From contig CBDFLJ010000002.1 of assembly GCA_965248835.1 (NCBI GenBank), positions 832,001 to 896,000 on the forward strand: DNA of 64,000 nucleotides, written 5' to 3'. The notes beneath the pieces are model-generated. The model worked only from the letters and a program-made list of their open reading frames with translations. It was not told where the DNA came from and searched no databases. Position 1 is the stretch's first letter. Each line of letters opens with the position of its first letter. This DNA is from Alphaproteobacteria bacterium. GTDB taxonomy: Bacteria; Pseudomonadota; Alphaproteobacteria; MPNO01. A program made the translations under genes and the position numbers. This document shows, piece by piece, positions 63,775 to 64,000 of this stretch.

Positions 63775-64000
63775 TCAGGCGGCGCGCTGCAGCGGCTTGC
63801 GCTGGCCGTTCTGTTCCATCAGCGGCAGGACCTGGTCGATCCATTGCCGCAACTCGGTCTTGTAGTCGACCCAGGACATGAGAACGCCGTCGACGCCGAT
63901 CGCGATAAGCTTGTCGATCTCATCGACGATCTGTTCGGGCGTGCCGACCAGCGGATAGCCGCCGTGGCCGGCAATGAAGTGAAAGCGGAATTCGTCCAGC
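63775..64000 (-). CDS. LLM-class flavin-dependent oxidoreductase, C-terminus (runs off window)
   Basis: FIAGHGGYPLVGTPEQIVDEI..GVDGVLMSW..VLPLM. Confidence 0.75.
   Translation of the reverse strand, partial: LDEFRFHFIAGHGGYPLVGTPEQIVDEIDKLIAIGVDGVLMSWVDYKTELRQWIDQVLPLMEQNGQRKPLQRAA

Overview
High-GC bacterial window, probably Alphaproteobacteria-like and host-associated (inference from gene content and the amount of IS/pseudogene decay). It alternates ordinary catabolic and transport genes with IS elements and gene fragments. The ordinary genes include an RND pump, a DMFase-like enzyme, an amidase, two MetE-like enzymes, a Rieske oxygenase, FAD monooxygenases, a UbiD-family decarboxylase, a Liv-type and a sugar-type ABC system, hydantoinase A/B, a gentisate-dioxygenase-like cupin and LLM monooxygenases. 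The IS elements are IS1380, two IS5, IS256 and an IS1-like remnant. Three regions stand out. (1) A 6.8-kb composite element (28438-35261), bounded by 21-bp inverted ends and a perfect 9-bp target duplication, carries a two-ATPase module: an AAA/STAND-like ATPase plus an ATPase-wHTH protein with a ~15x 43-aa TPR-like array, behind a promoter overlapped by three TCAAC-N6-GTTGA palindromes. (2) Two tandem cassettes encode a secreted 12-Cys protein whose copies differ at ~38 codons, all amino-acid changing by manual alignment, while signal peptide, C-terminus and flanks are essentially identical; they lie between ~277-bp direct repeats of a MetE-like gene 3' end. (3) A UGSC-motif selenoprotein has an in-frame UGA and a SECIS-like hairpin and is split in the ORF track. 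All family calls come from motif recognition by eye, not database searches.
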